From the NCBI GenBank assembly GCA_951406725.2, contig OX597815.1, forward strand, positions 189,802,001 to 189,864,000: 62,000 nucleotides of DNA, in the 5' to 3' direction. This DNA comes from Octopus vulgaris. Taxonomy: Eukaryota. The notes below the pieces were generated by a model, which was given only the letters and a program-made list of their open reading frames with translations, searched no databases and was not told where the DNA came from. Shown one piece after another: positions 1-12,769 of the stretch. Made by a program: the position numbers and the translations under genes. Numbering within the stretch: position 1 is the stretch's first letter; each line of letters opens with the position of its first letter.

Positions 1-8
1 ATATATAC

Positions 9-74
<66 letters not shown>

Positions 75-664
75 ATATATATATATGTTTTGCTGACACA
101 TATGAAATGACAACTGGTACAAAAATTCCTCATGCTTCATTGCATGTATGTGAATATTTTCTAAGAGGAGATATCCAATTCCATTTCAGCATCACTATTA
201 TTTGCTTACCTCTTTTCTGTAGGGATTCAACTTTTAATAATACAGTCAGAAGATGAAAGACCCATTTTTTTCTATCTTTTCTTTTTTATGCTTTGTGAAT
301 TTCTAATTCTCCTGACTTGTCCTGGTATGTCATCAGTTCGATTGACTGTTTTACAGATCAGTAACTCATAACTTAGTAGTTCGTACCAGATATACTAGTA
401 TATATATAGTGTGTGTGTGTGTGTGTTTGGACAAACCATGGTGACTAACTTGTAAATAGGTCAGTTATCTTTGTTTCAAATCTAATGGTTAGAATATTCA
501 ACTCAATACACACACACACGCATGCACACACACACACATACACACACGCACACACTTATAAACAAGTGAACTGTTGTTTTGATAAGTATCGGTGCATAAC
601 CCAGGTCTTCCATAATTAACTCTATGTTATGTATCGGCTTTGATGTAATTTTCCTTAATAATAT

Positions 665-832
665 GTGTGTATGCATTCAGTCACCTATGCCTGAGGAGCT
701 AAGTCTGAATGATAAGCCTATGAAACTTGAAGCTGCATGAAGTTAAATCAAACTGTTATTAAATACTATTATATGTAACTCCTTCCAAGTGTGCTGTGTG
801 CCTCTTTGTTTCATTTCTCCACTCATTCATAT
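665..832. repeat. Unclassified ~170-bp interspersed repeat, copy 1 (copy 2 at ~4436-4600)
   Basis: Direct sequence match gcattcagtca...gaagctgcatgaagttaaatcaaactgtta...catttctccactca, roughly 90% identical by eye; both copies lie beside (TA)/(GT) tracts. Confidence 0.8.
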
Positions 833-870
833 GTATATTAATCTCTCTCTCTCTCTCTCTCTTTTTTTAC

Positions 871-899
<29 letters not shown>

Positions 900-905
<6 letters not shown>

Positions 906-1262
906 TAAATAAAATAAAACATATGCATATATATAAACATATATGTACGTACCTACCTCTACATGTACATATACACGCATATATGAGTACAGGACACCAA
1001 AAAGGACGTCGAACACAATGAGAAACGAAAACATAGACACAAACCAAAGGAACTGGACATTTATTTACAAACAGCAAAAAAATAGAATACAGGACAATTA
1101 ACACAAAGAAAAAACCCCTTCTTCAGTCGCTAAAGCTTTCATCTACTCTACGTTTCGAAGGATAAAAGTGAGACGTATCTTCGACAAGAAAACTTTCCTT
1201 CCTGCGAAAAGCAAATCAATTAAAATTCTGAGATCTTTTCGCAGAGGGGTAAAAAATAGTAA
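900..1262 (-). mobile_element. Penelope-like non-autonomous repeat family P1 (other copies ~14600-14830, ~60005-60130, ~60420-60675)
   Basis: Shared blocks gtacaggacaccaaaaa..aacacaatgagaaa.gaaaac and tcatctactc(t/c)acgtttc; (TA)n-flanked; contains hammerhead-like motifs. The Penelope assignment is inference. Confidence 0.55.
1146..1190 (-). ncRNA. Degenerate minimal hammerhead-like motif (U6-type core UUGUCGA)
   Basis: Minus strand: ttc-TTGTCGA-A-GA...TC-GAA-ACGT-A-gag. Stems I and II are weak. Confidence 0.35.
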
Positions 1263-1384
1263 CAACAGGACAACACACACACACATACACACTCATTTAC
1301 ATACACATACACACGTATGCATACACATATTATTTAGTCTAGATTGAATGGTTTAATTACTGATAAATTTGTTATTGTTGTTAA

Positions 1385-1750
1385 TGTTGTTTAGGCTCAG
1401 ACCAGCTCTGATTGAAGTGACCTAAGAATAAAGGCGTTCCAATCATGACCAACCTGTTTGTAAACTCATGACTACAATGTCCAGCATGTTTTTCCTCTTT
1501 TTAAAATGCTAGGATTTTTTTAACAGGATTTGGTTAGTATTTCTAACATTAGTACAAGGCCACATATTTAGAAAGAAAGCATAGTCAATTATATTGACAC
1601 TAGTACTTGACTAGTATTTAGTTTTATTGACCCCAGAAGGATGAAAGACAAAGTTCACTTCGGCGGAAACTGAACTCAGAATGTAAAGGGCTGCACCTAA
1701 ATACTGTAAGGTATTTTCTTCAACACTTTAACATGTCAGCTGACCCTTTA
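1385..1750 (-). mobile_element. Old tRNA/Nin(Deu)-like-domain SINE with tail type G
   Basis: Reverse complement contains gagttcagtttcc (B-box-like) and ctttcatccttctggggtcaataaaa (central domain as in SINE-B). The ttgtttagnnncag..ttccaancatgacc tail also occurs at ~6235, 9300, 47140 and 50520. Confidence 0.55.
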
Positions 1751-2081
1751 TTTTTTACAATTCCTAACTATAAAAACTGTTACATATTTGCATATTTTAT
1801 CAACAGTTGGCTGCTTAGTTAACCGTTAGCCATTCAACCATGAAGTATGAGCAGAATTTGTTTCTGTTTTCATTAATTTAGGCAAACTGAAGCGAGTAAT
1901 AGAGTATCTTTCTTAATAGTAAGGCATTACAACTGAATTAATAAAATAAGCTGTAGGAGATAATTTCCATCTATCAGCTTTTTGATTATATTGTGGTGTA
2001 CTTCTGGTGGCCAGCTATCATAGGGGAAGACAATCCCTTCTAGATTAACTTAAGTAGAAGTGGGTCTGGAAGTTTGAAATT

Positions 2082-2113
<32 letters not shown>

Positions 2114-2286
2114 TTAGGGAGTATAACTCCAAACTTACAGGGAAAAATTCAATTTAGTATTAAATCAAATTTCACAGTATAAAAAATATAAAATATGAAT
2201 TAGAGATAAAACCACTATTATGCAACTCAGACAGTGATAGACATAAACCAATACATAAATAACAAATAATATATATAATTAATATA

Positions 2287-2351
<65 letters not shown>

Positions 2352-3184
2352 CTATGTATGTTTGATGTATGTGTGCCTTTGTTTGTATCCTCCACCACTG
2401 CTTCACAATTGGTGTTGGTGTGTTTATGTCTCCATAACTCAGCAAAAGGGATTAAAAGATTAAGAACTCAGCTATTAAAAAAATGCCCCATCATGGCTGC
2501 AGTCTAATGACTGAAACATATGACCGATAAATATTTGCATATGCATAGAAAAAAAATCTATTGTGGTTGAGGTCATTGATTCAACTCATTCCATAATGCC
2601 ATCTCCGTATTCCAGGAGAATGGTTTCTCTTATCCTACAAAGATTAACTGCAGTTAAAGAAAAGCAAGGAAAGAATTAACATAATTTATTTTCAGGAATA
2701 TAGTGGTACCAGACCAAAAGAACTGTGTTTCAGTGACACTATAGTGCCAATGATAGCAAAAGGTAAAAAAAAAGAAGGTAAAATAAATGATCAGGGTTTA
2801 ATACAATTAGATGAAAATGTTGTTATAAATCTAATATCAGGCCAGTTAGTACTTTGTGACTCACTTGCTATGAGTTGAGTTTATGGCATCTTTAAATAGC
2901 TTCTCTAATTTGGTTTATAGGAAATAATCTGGCATTCTCTCTGATTTCTCAAAATGTTGCAAAAAAAAATCATAATTAAGATACTATGAAAAAGAATCTT
3001 TAGAAAGATCTGTCAAAAGAAAATACCAATTAACTTTAATCAAATTATGAATTCTTAGTTCAGAAGAAATCAGTTTTTAGTCTATTGGAAATTAGTGACC
3101 ATCTCCAAAGAAAAATGGAAACTCCTGGTAGGTTCTATCTGGAATTAGTTTCATCTTGTTTCTATTATTAATATTCTTAATAGA

Positions 3185-3640
3185 TGGAAGGCAGCAAACT
3201 GGCAGAATCGTTAGCATGCTGGGCAAAATGCTTATCAGTATTTCATTTGTCTTTACATTCTGAATTAATATTCCGCCAAGGTCAACTTTGCCTTTTATCC
3301 TTCTGGGATCCATGAAATAACTACCAGTTATATACGGAGGTCAATTAGCTCCCTGCTCCAAAATTTCAAAGTTTATGCCTATAGTAGGAAGGATTGTTAA
3401 TATTCTTAATAGATGTCATGTGATAAAATGGCAGAATTGTTAGCACACCGAGAAAAATATTGTGCAGCATTTCATCTATCTGTACATTCTGATTTCAAAT
3501 TCCACTGAGGTCTACTTTGCCTTTAATTCTTTCAAGGTCGATAAAATAAGTACCAGTTGAGCACAGGAGCTGATATAATTGACTTGCAGCATCCCCTGAG
3601 ATAGCTGGCCTTGTACCAAAAATTTTAAACCAATGAAGCC
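3185..3640 (+). mobile_element. Two degenerate SINE-B-type copies with alternative tails
   Basis: ggcagaatcgttagc...aattccgccaaggtcaactttgcc and a second ggcagaattgttagc...gtcgataaaataagtaccagtt. Confidence 0.7.
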
Positions 3641-3696
3641 TTATTTCATTTCCTGTCTTTATACACCTGTATATTTACAACCTTGTCAACATCATT

Positions 3697-4010
3697 ATCA
3701 TCATCATCGTTTTAACATCTGTTTTCCCTGCTGGCATGGGTTGGATGGCTTGACTGAGGAGTGGCAAGCCAGGTGGCCGTACCGGGCTCCAATCTGATCT
3801 GGCAAGGTTTCTACAGCTGGATACCCTTCTTAATGCCAACCACTCTGAGAGTGTAGTGGGTGCTTTTTATATGCCACCAGCATGGGGGCCAGTCAGGCGA
3901 CACTGGCATCAACCATGCTTGAAATGGTGTCTTTTACATTCCACTGGCATGGGAGCCAGTCAGGCAGCACTGGCACCAACCATGCTCGAATCGTACTTTT
4001 TAAATGCTAC
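3697..4010 (-). mobile_element. Family C retroposon 3' portion with (ATG)n tail (other copies ~10590-10922+, 17873-18245-, 20616-20815+, 26745-26850+, 28880-29195+, 45955-46200-, 48245-48492+, 51245-51592+, 59045-59205-, 60675-60830-)
   Basis: Sense consensus ...gtggcacgtaaaagcacccactacact..ggagtggttggcattaggaagggcatccagctgtagaaac...ccaacccatgccagcatgga..cgttaaatgatgatg. All copies are 5'-truncated. The trinucleotide tail suggests RTE-type mobilisation (inference). Confidence 0.8.
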
Positions 4011-4342
4011 TGTTTATGCAAATTGTCAGAGTAACTGTAACTATTTGTTAGAGAGAATAACAAATTAATGGTAAACGGTAGAAGTATGGCTGTGTAGTGA
4101 AGAAATTCACTTCACAAATAAATGGCTTCGAATTCATTTCTAATATTTAGTACCTTGGGCTAGTGTCATCTTCTATAGTCCCAGGCTGACTAATATTTCA
4201 TGAATGAATTTGGTACATAGAAGCTGAAAAGAAACCTACTGTACATGTGCATGTGCCTATATATATATATATATATATAAAATTAGATTTAATCCTAAAT
4301 CTAATTTTCCCTGTAAGTTTGGATTTACTCCCTAATGTTATT

Positions 4343-4394
<52 letters not shown>

Positions 4395-4606
4395 GTATGT
4401 GTGTGTGTGTGTGTATACATGCATACATGTATGTGTGTGTATGCATTCAGTCATCTGTGCCTGAGGAGCTAAGTCTGAGCGATGATCCTATGAAACTTGA
4501 AGCTGCATGAAGTTAAATCAAACTGTTACTAAATACTATTATATGTAACTCCTTCCAAGTGTGCTGTGTGCCTCTTTCTTTCATTTCTCCACTCACTCAC
4601 ATTATT

Positions 4607-5238
<632 letters not shown>

Positions 5239-5929
5239 ATATATATATATATATATATATAAATCCTTCTTTCTCTTTCTCTCTCTTTCTCTCTCACACA
5301 GTGGGACTGAACCAGGAACCATATGGTTGGTAAGCAAGCTACTTACCATATAGCCACTCCTGCGCCTATATATATATATATATATAAATCCTTCTTTCTC
5401 TTTCTCTCTCTTTCTCTCTCACACAGTGGGACTGAACCAGGAACCATATGGTTGGTAAGCAAGCTACTTACCATATAGCCACTCCTGCGCCTATATATAT
5501 ATATATATAAATCCTTCTTTCTCTTTCTCTCTCTTTCTCTCTCTCTCTCTCTGTATATATATATACACACACTCACACACATTTACATACACGTATACAC
5601 ATATGCATACACATATCATGTGCGTTTGTGTATGCCTGTGCATTCATGCACGTGTGTGCTGATGAAATTCTCTCTGTTGATGTAACCTGCACTTTTGCAG
5701 ACACTTTTATAAAAGATGATTTCTCAGGATGATTACAGCAGCTTACAGTGTCCAAATGGATGTGACTAATTCTCAAAGTGTTGTGCTAGAAACATATTAT
5801 ACCAGGTGGCTGGGATATTTAGCCTTCTAAGCTCAGAGAAGTCTTAAATTCCATTGAGTAGCTTTGCTTTGGAAGGTGTTAAGCAGCAAAGATATAATTC
5901 TGCAAAAAAAAATAGGATGCTGCTCTATT

Positions 5930-6019
5930 GCAGGTTGTTGTCACTGTTGTTCTTGTTGTTCTTGTTATTGTTTTTATTGCTGATATTGTTGTTGCTGCTG
6001 CCGCCGCTGTAATTGTTGT

Positions 6020-6052
<33 letters not shown>

Positions 6053-6104
6053 GGCTGCTGCTGTTGCTGCTGTTGTTGTTGTTGTCGTTGTTTTTGTTGT
6101 TGTT

Positions 6105-6135
<31 letters not shown>

Positions 6136-6238
6136 TTGCTGCTATTGTTGTTGTTGCTTTGTTGTTTTTGTTGTTGCTGCTGCTATTGGTGTTGTTGTTG
6201 TTGTTGTTATTGGTGTTGTTGTTGTTTTTTATTGTTGC
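5930..6238. repeat. Compound (GTT/GCT)n trinucleotide microsatellite
   Basis: Seen directly; explains the poly-V and poly-L ORFs. Confidence 0.95.
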
Positions 6239-6688
6239 TTAGCTTCAGGTCTGCTCTCAGCAAGCAAATTCTATGACTGAAAGAAATTCTATTGGGTTTT
6301 CCAGAAAGTTTGTGCCTTTGTCATATGTGTGGCATAGTATATATATATATATATTTGTGTAAAAAAATTTATGAGTCATTCGATAACTAATCAGAGTTTC
6401 ACATGTGATAAAATGGCTCAGCTTTCATCAATAAAATCTGAAACTCTGATTAGCTGCACTGTGGATTATTAATTTTACAGAAATATAAAAGTAACTTAAA
6501 TAGAGAGATGCTATTGACAATCCAATAATTTATTTATATTATAAGATTACATGGTATACTATGGATATAATATAACATAATATTATATAACATAAGCAAT
6601 TATTAAAAAAAAAAACGTAAAAGGCCAACAAATTGTTTCACCTTAGATATGTATTCTGATATACATACACAATAACTGTTCCCTTATA

Positions 6689-7258
6689 TATTAAGTTGTC
6701 CGGAAAGTTTGAGCCAATGTATAGTAGCTTATCTTTCGACTTATTTTAGAACATGGTTGAGTCCATAAAATAGGATTTGACTACACCTCCATTTAGAGCA
6801 CAATTTAAGCTATCTTTTTGTGGAAGAAGGTTTATGTTCCTATAACCTGTGTTAATTCTGTAACCCTTTAAAATGGAAGATAAGAAAGTTCATTTTCGGC
6901 ACTTGATGCTTTGGGAACCAGACAAAAATTGCTGCAGCTTGACTGGGATGTGTAACCCCACCCTCCATATTCACCAGATATTGCTCCTTCGAATTTCCAC
7001 TTATTCAGGTCTCTGCAGAATAGTCTTAATGATAAAAATTTCAATTCCTTGGATGACATAAAAAGATACCTTGATGAATTCTTTGCCATGAAACCACCTC
7101 AGTTCTGGGAAGAGAGTATTTTCAAGTTAAAGGAAAGATAGAGATGCATTGTGCAACAAAATGGTTCATATTTGGTTGATTAAAAATGTAATGGCAAGTA
7201 TTTATCGACTTTTTTCTTTCCTTTAAAAATTGGCATGAACTTTCCGGACAACCCAATA
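6689..7258 (+). mobile_element. Internally deleted non-autonomous mariner (~570 bp)
   Basis: ~30-bp TIRs (TAttaagttgtccggaaagtttgagccaat / attggcatgaactttccggacaacccaaTA). N-terminal MEDKKVHFRHLMLW is fused to C-terminal ...HPPYSPDIAPSNFHLFRSLQNSL...IVQQNGSYLVD*. Confidence 0.95.
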
Positions 7259-7286
7259 TTTGTCTACATGCATACCTATTTGTTAA

Positions 7287-7502
7287 CCCTTTAGCATTCA
7301 GGTTACTCTCTTGAATTAAATGCTTATTTTATTCACATTGTTTTAAATTAATCCTGCATTGTCTCATAGCTTCAATATATCTGATTGTTGATTATTAGAA
7401 TGACATTGTAGGGTAGGTGTGAGAGGCCAGATCCAGCTGGTATTGGTCATAAAACAAGTAAAACATTTGGATTAGATATGGCTGGTTTAAATGTGAAAAA
7501 CA
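7287..7502. mobile_element. Probable piggyBac-type MITE, right end degenerate
   Basis: TTAA|CCCTTTAGCATT left end; right end ggtttaaatgtgaaaaaca|TTAA is only partly complementary. Confidence 0.45.
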
Positions 7503-7583
7503 TTAAGACAGAAGACATGATGCAAGAGAGATTTATTTGCTACTTCTTGCAGATTATGTAACAGGATAGAAACTGTCTCATAA

Positions 7584-8239
7584 GGCAGCGAGCTGGCAGA
7601 AACTTTAGCATGCCAGACGAAATGCTTAGCAGTATTTCGTCTGCCGCTACGTTCTGAGTTCAAATTCTGCTGAGGTCGACTTTTCCTTTCATCCTCTTGG
7701 GATCAATTAAATAAATACCAGTTACGCACTAGGGTCGATATAATTGACTTATTCCGTTTGTCTGTCCTTGTTTGTCCCCTCTATGTTTAGCCCCTTGTGG
7801 GCAATAAAAAAATTAAGAAACGTTCGCATGCCGGATGAAATGCTTAGCAGTATTTCGTCTGCCGCTACATTCTGAGTTCAAATTCTGCTGAGGTCGACTT
7901 TGCCTTTCATCCTTTCAGGGCCAATTAAATAAATACCAGTTATGCACTGGGGTCGATGTAATCGACTTAATCCATTTGTCTGTCCTTGTTTATTCTCTCT
8001 ATGTTTAACCCCTTGTGGGCAATAAAAAAAGTAGAAAACGTTAGCACGCCAGGTGAAATGCTCAGCAGTATTTTGTCTGCTGCTATGTTTTGAGTTCAAA
8101 TTCCGCCAAGGTCGACTTTGCCTTTCATCAATTAAATAAGTACCAGTTACACACTGGGGTCGATGTAATTGACTTAATCCCTTTGTCTGTCCTTGTTTGT
8201 CCCCTCTGTGTGTAGCCCCTTGTGGGCAGTGAAGAAATA
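7584..8239 (+). mobile_element. Head-to-tail trimer of tRNA/Nin(Deu)-like SINE-B inside one TSD
   Basis: Three monomers containing gagttcaaattc..ctttcatcc..ggggtcgat..gtaccagttac; flanking repeat agaaactgtctca(t/c)aagg at 7568-7585 and 8240-8257. Confidence 0.9.
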
Positions 8240-8915
8240 AGAAACTGTCTCACAAGGTAGTATTTCTAGGTGATCTAATCCATACTTCCAACATCCATTT
8301 GAATTTAGACAATGTAAAAAAAATGAAATGTTTTATTGAGAAATACAAAGAAGTCCGTGCAACAGATTGAACTGACAATCTTTGACCAAATAGTGCTGTC
8401 GCTTACCGATTTTATCATTTAAGTTCTGCATACACTCTACAGAAAGACATGGAAGTGAGTTACATAATAACATTTCATCTCATGAAAAGCAGTGCTCCTT
8501 GGTAAGAAAGAAAGAACAGCGTAGTCATCTTTGTCAGCTAACAGGAAAGGAAAAAATGCCTTATCATTCATATTCTGTCAGTATCCAAGAGTGATTTGAC
8601 AGACAGGAAATAAATATTGTACTTTTATTGAGATGGCAGTGACACAACACTGTTATCGCTATTAACAACAAAATACAGTTACAAATAAGCAATAGACAAC
8701 TTCCTTAAATGCCAGTCACGTCTGACATAACGAGGAAAGTCAATACTTTCAGGAGACAGTCAAGAAATCTCGGCAGCCCAATTACTACGACGAAAGATAT
8801 TCAAATAAACAATTGCAGAATACGCACTTTTATACGAGTTGAAATCTTCTGTCATGGACACAGTTTCCTTAAATGAGAAACCAAATGTTGGTTGTCTTGT
8901 TGTTATTGCTGTTTA

Positions 8916-9299
8916 TGGAGGCGCAATGGCCCAGTGGTTAGGGCAGCGGACTCGCGGTCATAGGATCGTGGTTTCGATTCCCAGACCGGGCATCGCGAGT
9001 GTTTATTGAGCGAAAATACCTAAAGCTCCACGAGACTCCGGCAGGAGATGGTGGTGATCCCTGCTGTACTCTTTCACCACAACTTTCTCTCACTCTTACT
9101 TCCTCTTTCTGCTGTACCTGTATTTCAAAGGGCCGGCCTTGTCACTCTCTGTGTCACGCTGAATATCCCCGAGAACTACGTTAAGGGTACACGTGTCTGT
9201 GGAGTGCTCAGCCACTTACACGTTAATTTCACGAGCAGGCTGTTCCGTTGATTCGGATCAACCGGAACCCTCGTCGTCGTAACTGACTGAGTGCTTCCA
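8916..9299 (+). mobile_element. tRNA-derived SINE-E with 11-bp TSD
   Basis: A-box tggcccagtgg, B-box gtttcgattccc; TSD attgctgttta at 8905-8915 and 9300-9310; inserted into an older tail-G repeat. Confidence 0.92.
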
Positions 9300-9430
9300 A
9301 TTGCTGTTTAGCTCCAAATCAACACTGACTGAACAGATGTAGAAGTGAAGGAATTCCAACCATGACCATTTCATCCATTTCCTATGTACAGGTGGCCCAG
9401 AACCACAAAATTCGAAGAATGTAATTTGTG

Positions 9431-9565
9431 AAGGCACATGGCTCAGTGGTTAGAGCATCATGGTCACAATCTTGCCCGCATTTGTGCCTTGGAGAGGAAC
9501 TTTGTAAGTGCAATCCCATGGTCATTCATGACCGAAGGGGGTCTTTACCCTTACACTTACCCTTT
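9431..9565 (+). mobile_element. Short internally deleted tRNA-SINE remnant with (CTTACC)-like tail
   Basis: gaaggcacatggctcagtggttagagc head; accgaagggggtctttacccttacacttaccc tail. Confidence 0.55.
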
Positions 9566-9784
9566 CATTTCTAAGATAGAGGATGTGGGATGGTGATGGG
9601 TGGTGGTGAGGTGGGGATGAGTCAAGGGAGATTTGACTATTATATCTAGCAAGTTGCACACATTGGCTTATACCATTGTAGTTTGTGATGATGACACTGG
9701 TAGAGTATTAATGATAATAATTTTCATTGTGATGATAATTACGAGGAAAAATATTGATGACAATGTTGATGACAATGACGAAGT

Positions 9785-10001
9785 TGGTGGTAGAGGAGGT
9801 GGTAACGGTGGTGGTGGTGGTGGTGTTACTGTTGTTGTTGTTGTTGTTGTGGTGGTGGTGGTGGTGGAAATGGTGTTGTTGTTGTTGGTAGTGGCGGTGA
9901 TGGTGTTGTTGTTGTTGTTGTTGTTGCTAGTAGTGGTGGTGGTGGCAGAAATGGTGGTAGCGGTGATGGTAATGGTGTTGTTGTTGTTGCTGTTGTTGTT
10001 G

Positions 10002-10033
<32 letters not shown>

Positions 10034-10100
10034 GGTGGTGGTGGTGGTGGTGATGAAGATGACGACAATGATGATAACGATGCTGATGCTGACAATGGTA

Positions 10101-10131
<31 letters not shown>

Positions 10132-10150
10132 CCACCACTGATGATGGTGA
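9785..10150. repeat. Compound (GGT/GTT/GAT)n microsatellite
   Basis: Seen directly. Confidence 0.95.
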
Positions 10151-10312
10151 TCATCAACATAATATCAGTTTCACTGATTACCATGTAATGCATTTACTTA
10201 TATAAAATATGCAATACATTTATTTATATAAAATAAAGATGGAATCATTAACATTACAAATAATTAAAATTTTAATTCATCCTTTAATTACAGAACAAAA
10301 TATTATTTAATA

Positions 10313-10553
10313 TTACGGAGATGTACTCGCATAGCAAGTGATTTGATCTGAGATCGTGTGCTGGAAAGAAAACAATTGCAGCGTGGAAGGTGTTTGTAAG
10401 CCATTTAAGAAACACACAAAAGCCGTCAGTGAACAGGTCACGGATTTTAGCGACGAAAATATTTTGACAAATTAAACTTAAATGTTGAAGTGAATCGAAC
10501 GGTTTTTGTGTGTTTCTAAAATGGCTTACAAACACCCTTCCACGCTGCAATTG
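10313..10553 (+). mobile_element. Fold-back hammerhead retroposon (family F1) with 12-bp TSD
   Basis: Inverted arms 10372-10426 / 10499-10554; one-sided ~58-bp extension on the left; TSD tattatttaata at 10301-10312 and 10554-10565; a deleted copy lies at 56131-56236. Confidence 0.8.
10425..10468 (+). ncRNA. Minimal type-I hammerhead ribozyme, G3-C8 variant core
   Basis: gtca-GTGAACA-G-GTCAC-ggatttta-GCGAC-GAA-AATATT-T-tgac: stem I 4 bp, stem II 4 of 5 pairs (mismatch fits CpG decay), palindromic stem III, UUU site. Confidence 0.65.
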
Positions 10554-11254
10554 TATTATTTAATAATATTCCACAATATCATTTAATCATATCAAGTGTT
10601 GGGCCTCACGAAGGCAATGGCCAAGACCTTTGGCATTATGTCAGGCTTGAGAAGAAGACCCTTCAAGCCGAGCAAAATTGCAGACGTGGCAGATATTGGT
10701 GTCATGCAAATGGCACCCATGCTGGTGGCATGTAAAAGCACCAATTACACTCTCAGAGTAGCTGGCATTAGGAAGGGCACCCGGCCATAGAAAACCATGC
10801 CAAATCAGACTGGGGTCTGGCACAGCCTTCCAGCTTACCAGTCCCAGTGAAACCGTCCAACCCATGCCAGCATGGACAATGGATATTAAATGATGGCGGA
10901 CATGATGATGATGATGATGATGATATCCGGCCCAAATATAATACCTGTTTTATGTACAGACTGACCATATAGTGGTGGCAGTAGTTGCGGCAGTGGTGGT
11001 GGTGGTGATGGTGGTGGCAGTGGCAGCGGTGGTGGTGGTGGTGGTGGCTGTTGTTGTTGTTAAGCAACAAGACGGGTAAGGGTGATTAGGTGATGGTCTA
11101 GGGCTTAGGGGCGGGAGACCCCAGACTTTGGAAAAAAAAAACTTTGGTTGTCTTGTTGTAGTCAAGGGCTCTTTGTTGACATCTGACACCACTGGGAGGT
11201 GGCCCTTGAAGTCGCTGGAAATGGAGATCTCCAGGTCCAAATTCTTGAATGGCT

Positions 11255-11720
11255 GGTGATGATGGTGGTAGTGGTGGTGATGATGGTGGCGGTAGTGGCA
11301 GTGGAGATGGTGGTGGTGGTAGTGTTGGTGGTGATGGTGGTAGTGATGGTGGTAGTGATGGTGGTAGTGGTGGTGGTGACAGTGGTGGTGGTAGTGGTGG
11401 TGATAGTGGTGGTGGTGGTGTAGTGGTGGTGGTGGTGATGGTAGTGGTGGTGATGATGGTGGCGGTAGTGGCAGTGGGGATGGTGGTGGTGGTAGTGGTG
11501 GTAGTGGTGGTGGTAATGGTGGTAATGGTGGTAGTTATGGTAGTGGTGGTGGTGACAGTGGTGGTGGTAGTGGTGATGATGGTGGTAGTGGTGGTGATGG
11601 TGGTGACAGTGGTGGTGGTGGTGATGGTAGTGATGGTGGTGGTGGTGGTCGTTGTCATCATTGCTGTCATTGTTGTCGGCGTCATCATCGTAGTAGTAGT
11701 AGTAGTAGTAGTAGTAAGCA
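11255..11720. repeat. Compound (GGT/GAT/GTA)n array with a ~180-bp higher-order duplication
   Basis: Block gatgatggtggcggtagtggcagtgg(a/g)gatgg occurs twice (~11280 and ~11455). Confidence 0.9.
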
Positions 11721-12125
11721 GCAGTAGTTGTTGATGATGCTGCAGTAAAGGACTGATTCATGGTAAGGTCAAAAGAAGCAGAGGTTATTTCAGAAGTAAG
11801 CACAACATGCAAATCTTACCATTTTGACAACATGGATTCTTGGTTTTAATAATCCGAGTGTTTTTTATGCCCACTGTAATATCTCCAGTGAAACGATTGC
11901 GTGGAAGTAACAAAACAGCAATAACACTGAAAACAGCAATGATACAGTTGTACCGAAACCTATTATTTTACTTTCAGGATATGTAAAAACGATACAAATA
12001 ACCAGAGTCACGGTTTACATAATTGCCAACAGTATTCTAAAAATAAAACCGCCTCAAGTTCGCACACATATCTGTTGAATTATTATTATTATTATTATTA
12101 TTATTTATTATTATTATCATTATTA

Positions 12126-12166
<41 letters not shown>

Positions 12167-12264
12167 TTATAATTGAGCCATTAAATTTCGCTTCTTTTCT
12201 AGTATTCTGATAGAATTCCATCATTTGTCTCAGATATTTTTTTGATAGCTTGTTTGAGTTTTAC

Positions 12265-12301
<37 letters not shown>

Positions 12302-12735
12302 GTTATTATTATTATTATTATCTCTTTTTATTTTTTCTCATTTTATTATTATTTTTTTTTTTTTTTTTTTTACAAAGTACCATATTCACAAGCAAGCAGT
12401 ACTGATACATGCAAGAAAATAAATTAAATGCCACTTTCAGGAATTATTTGAAGTAAAACTATACTTTGCAGTATTAGACTTAAATTTGCATATTGTGTAA
12501 ATGACATTCTCTGATGCCAAAGCTTTTAACTGTTTACGGATTCATGGTTCAAATTATTCATGCATGAGTTACTTTATCTGAAATTTAGGAACAAAGTGAA
12601 GACTGTTAATTTATTTGTTTGCTTCTTAAAACTTAAACAAATTCAGTGTCCAATTATAGAAAATTGACAAGTTTTATTGACAAATAGATTACTTTCTGAA
12701 ATTTTTGCAGTTGTTGTTGTTGTTGTTGTTGCTGA

Positions 12736-12769
<34 letters not shown>

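Noticed and set aside
223-324. Exon-like 102-nt segment with AG/GT borders
   Set aside because: Low-complexity T-rich frame, not phase-compatible with the next candidate, no homology recognised.
685-742. CTGAGGA...GAAAC in the 665/4436 repeat as a hammerhead
   Set aside because: No stem II closes next to GAAA, and position 16.1 is C rather than U in both copies.
7584-8239. Repeat arrays as CRISPR-like loci (also 17546-17830)
   Set aside because: Eukaryotic context, no unique constant-length spacers, no cas genes.
8916-8995. tRNA genes at SINE heads (also 39586 and 45481)
   Set aside because: A/B boxes are present but there is no complete cloverleaf, and each continues into a SINE body.
9633-11812. 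Long ORFs encoding poly-V, poly-T/P (mucin-like), poly-H and poly-G peptides
   Set aside because: They derive from trinucleotide microsatellites open in several frames on both strands, with no unique coding context.
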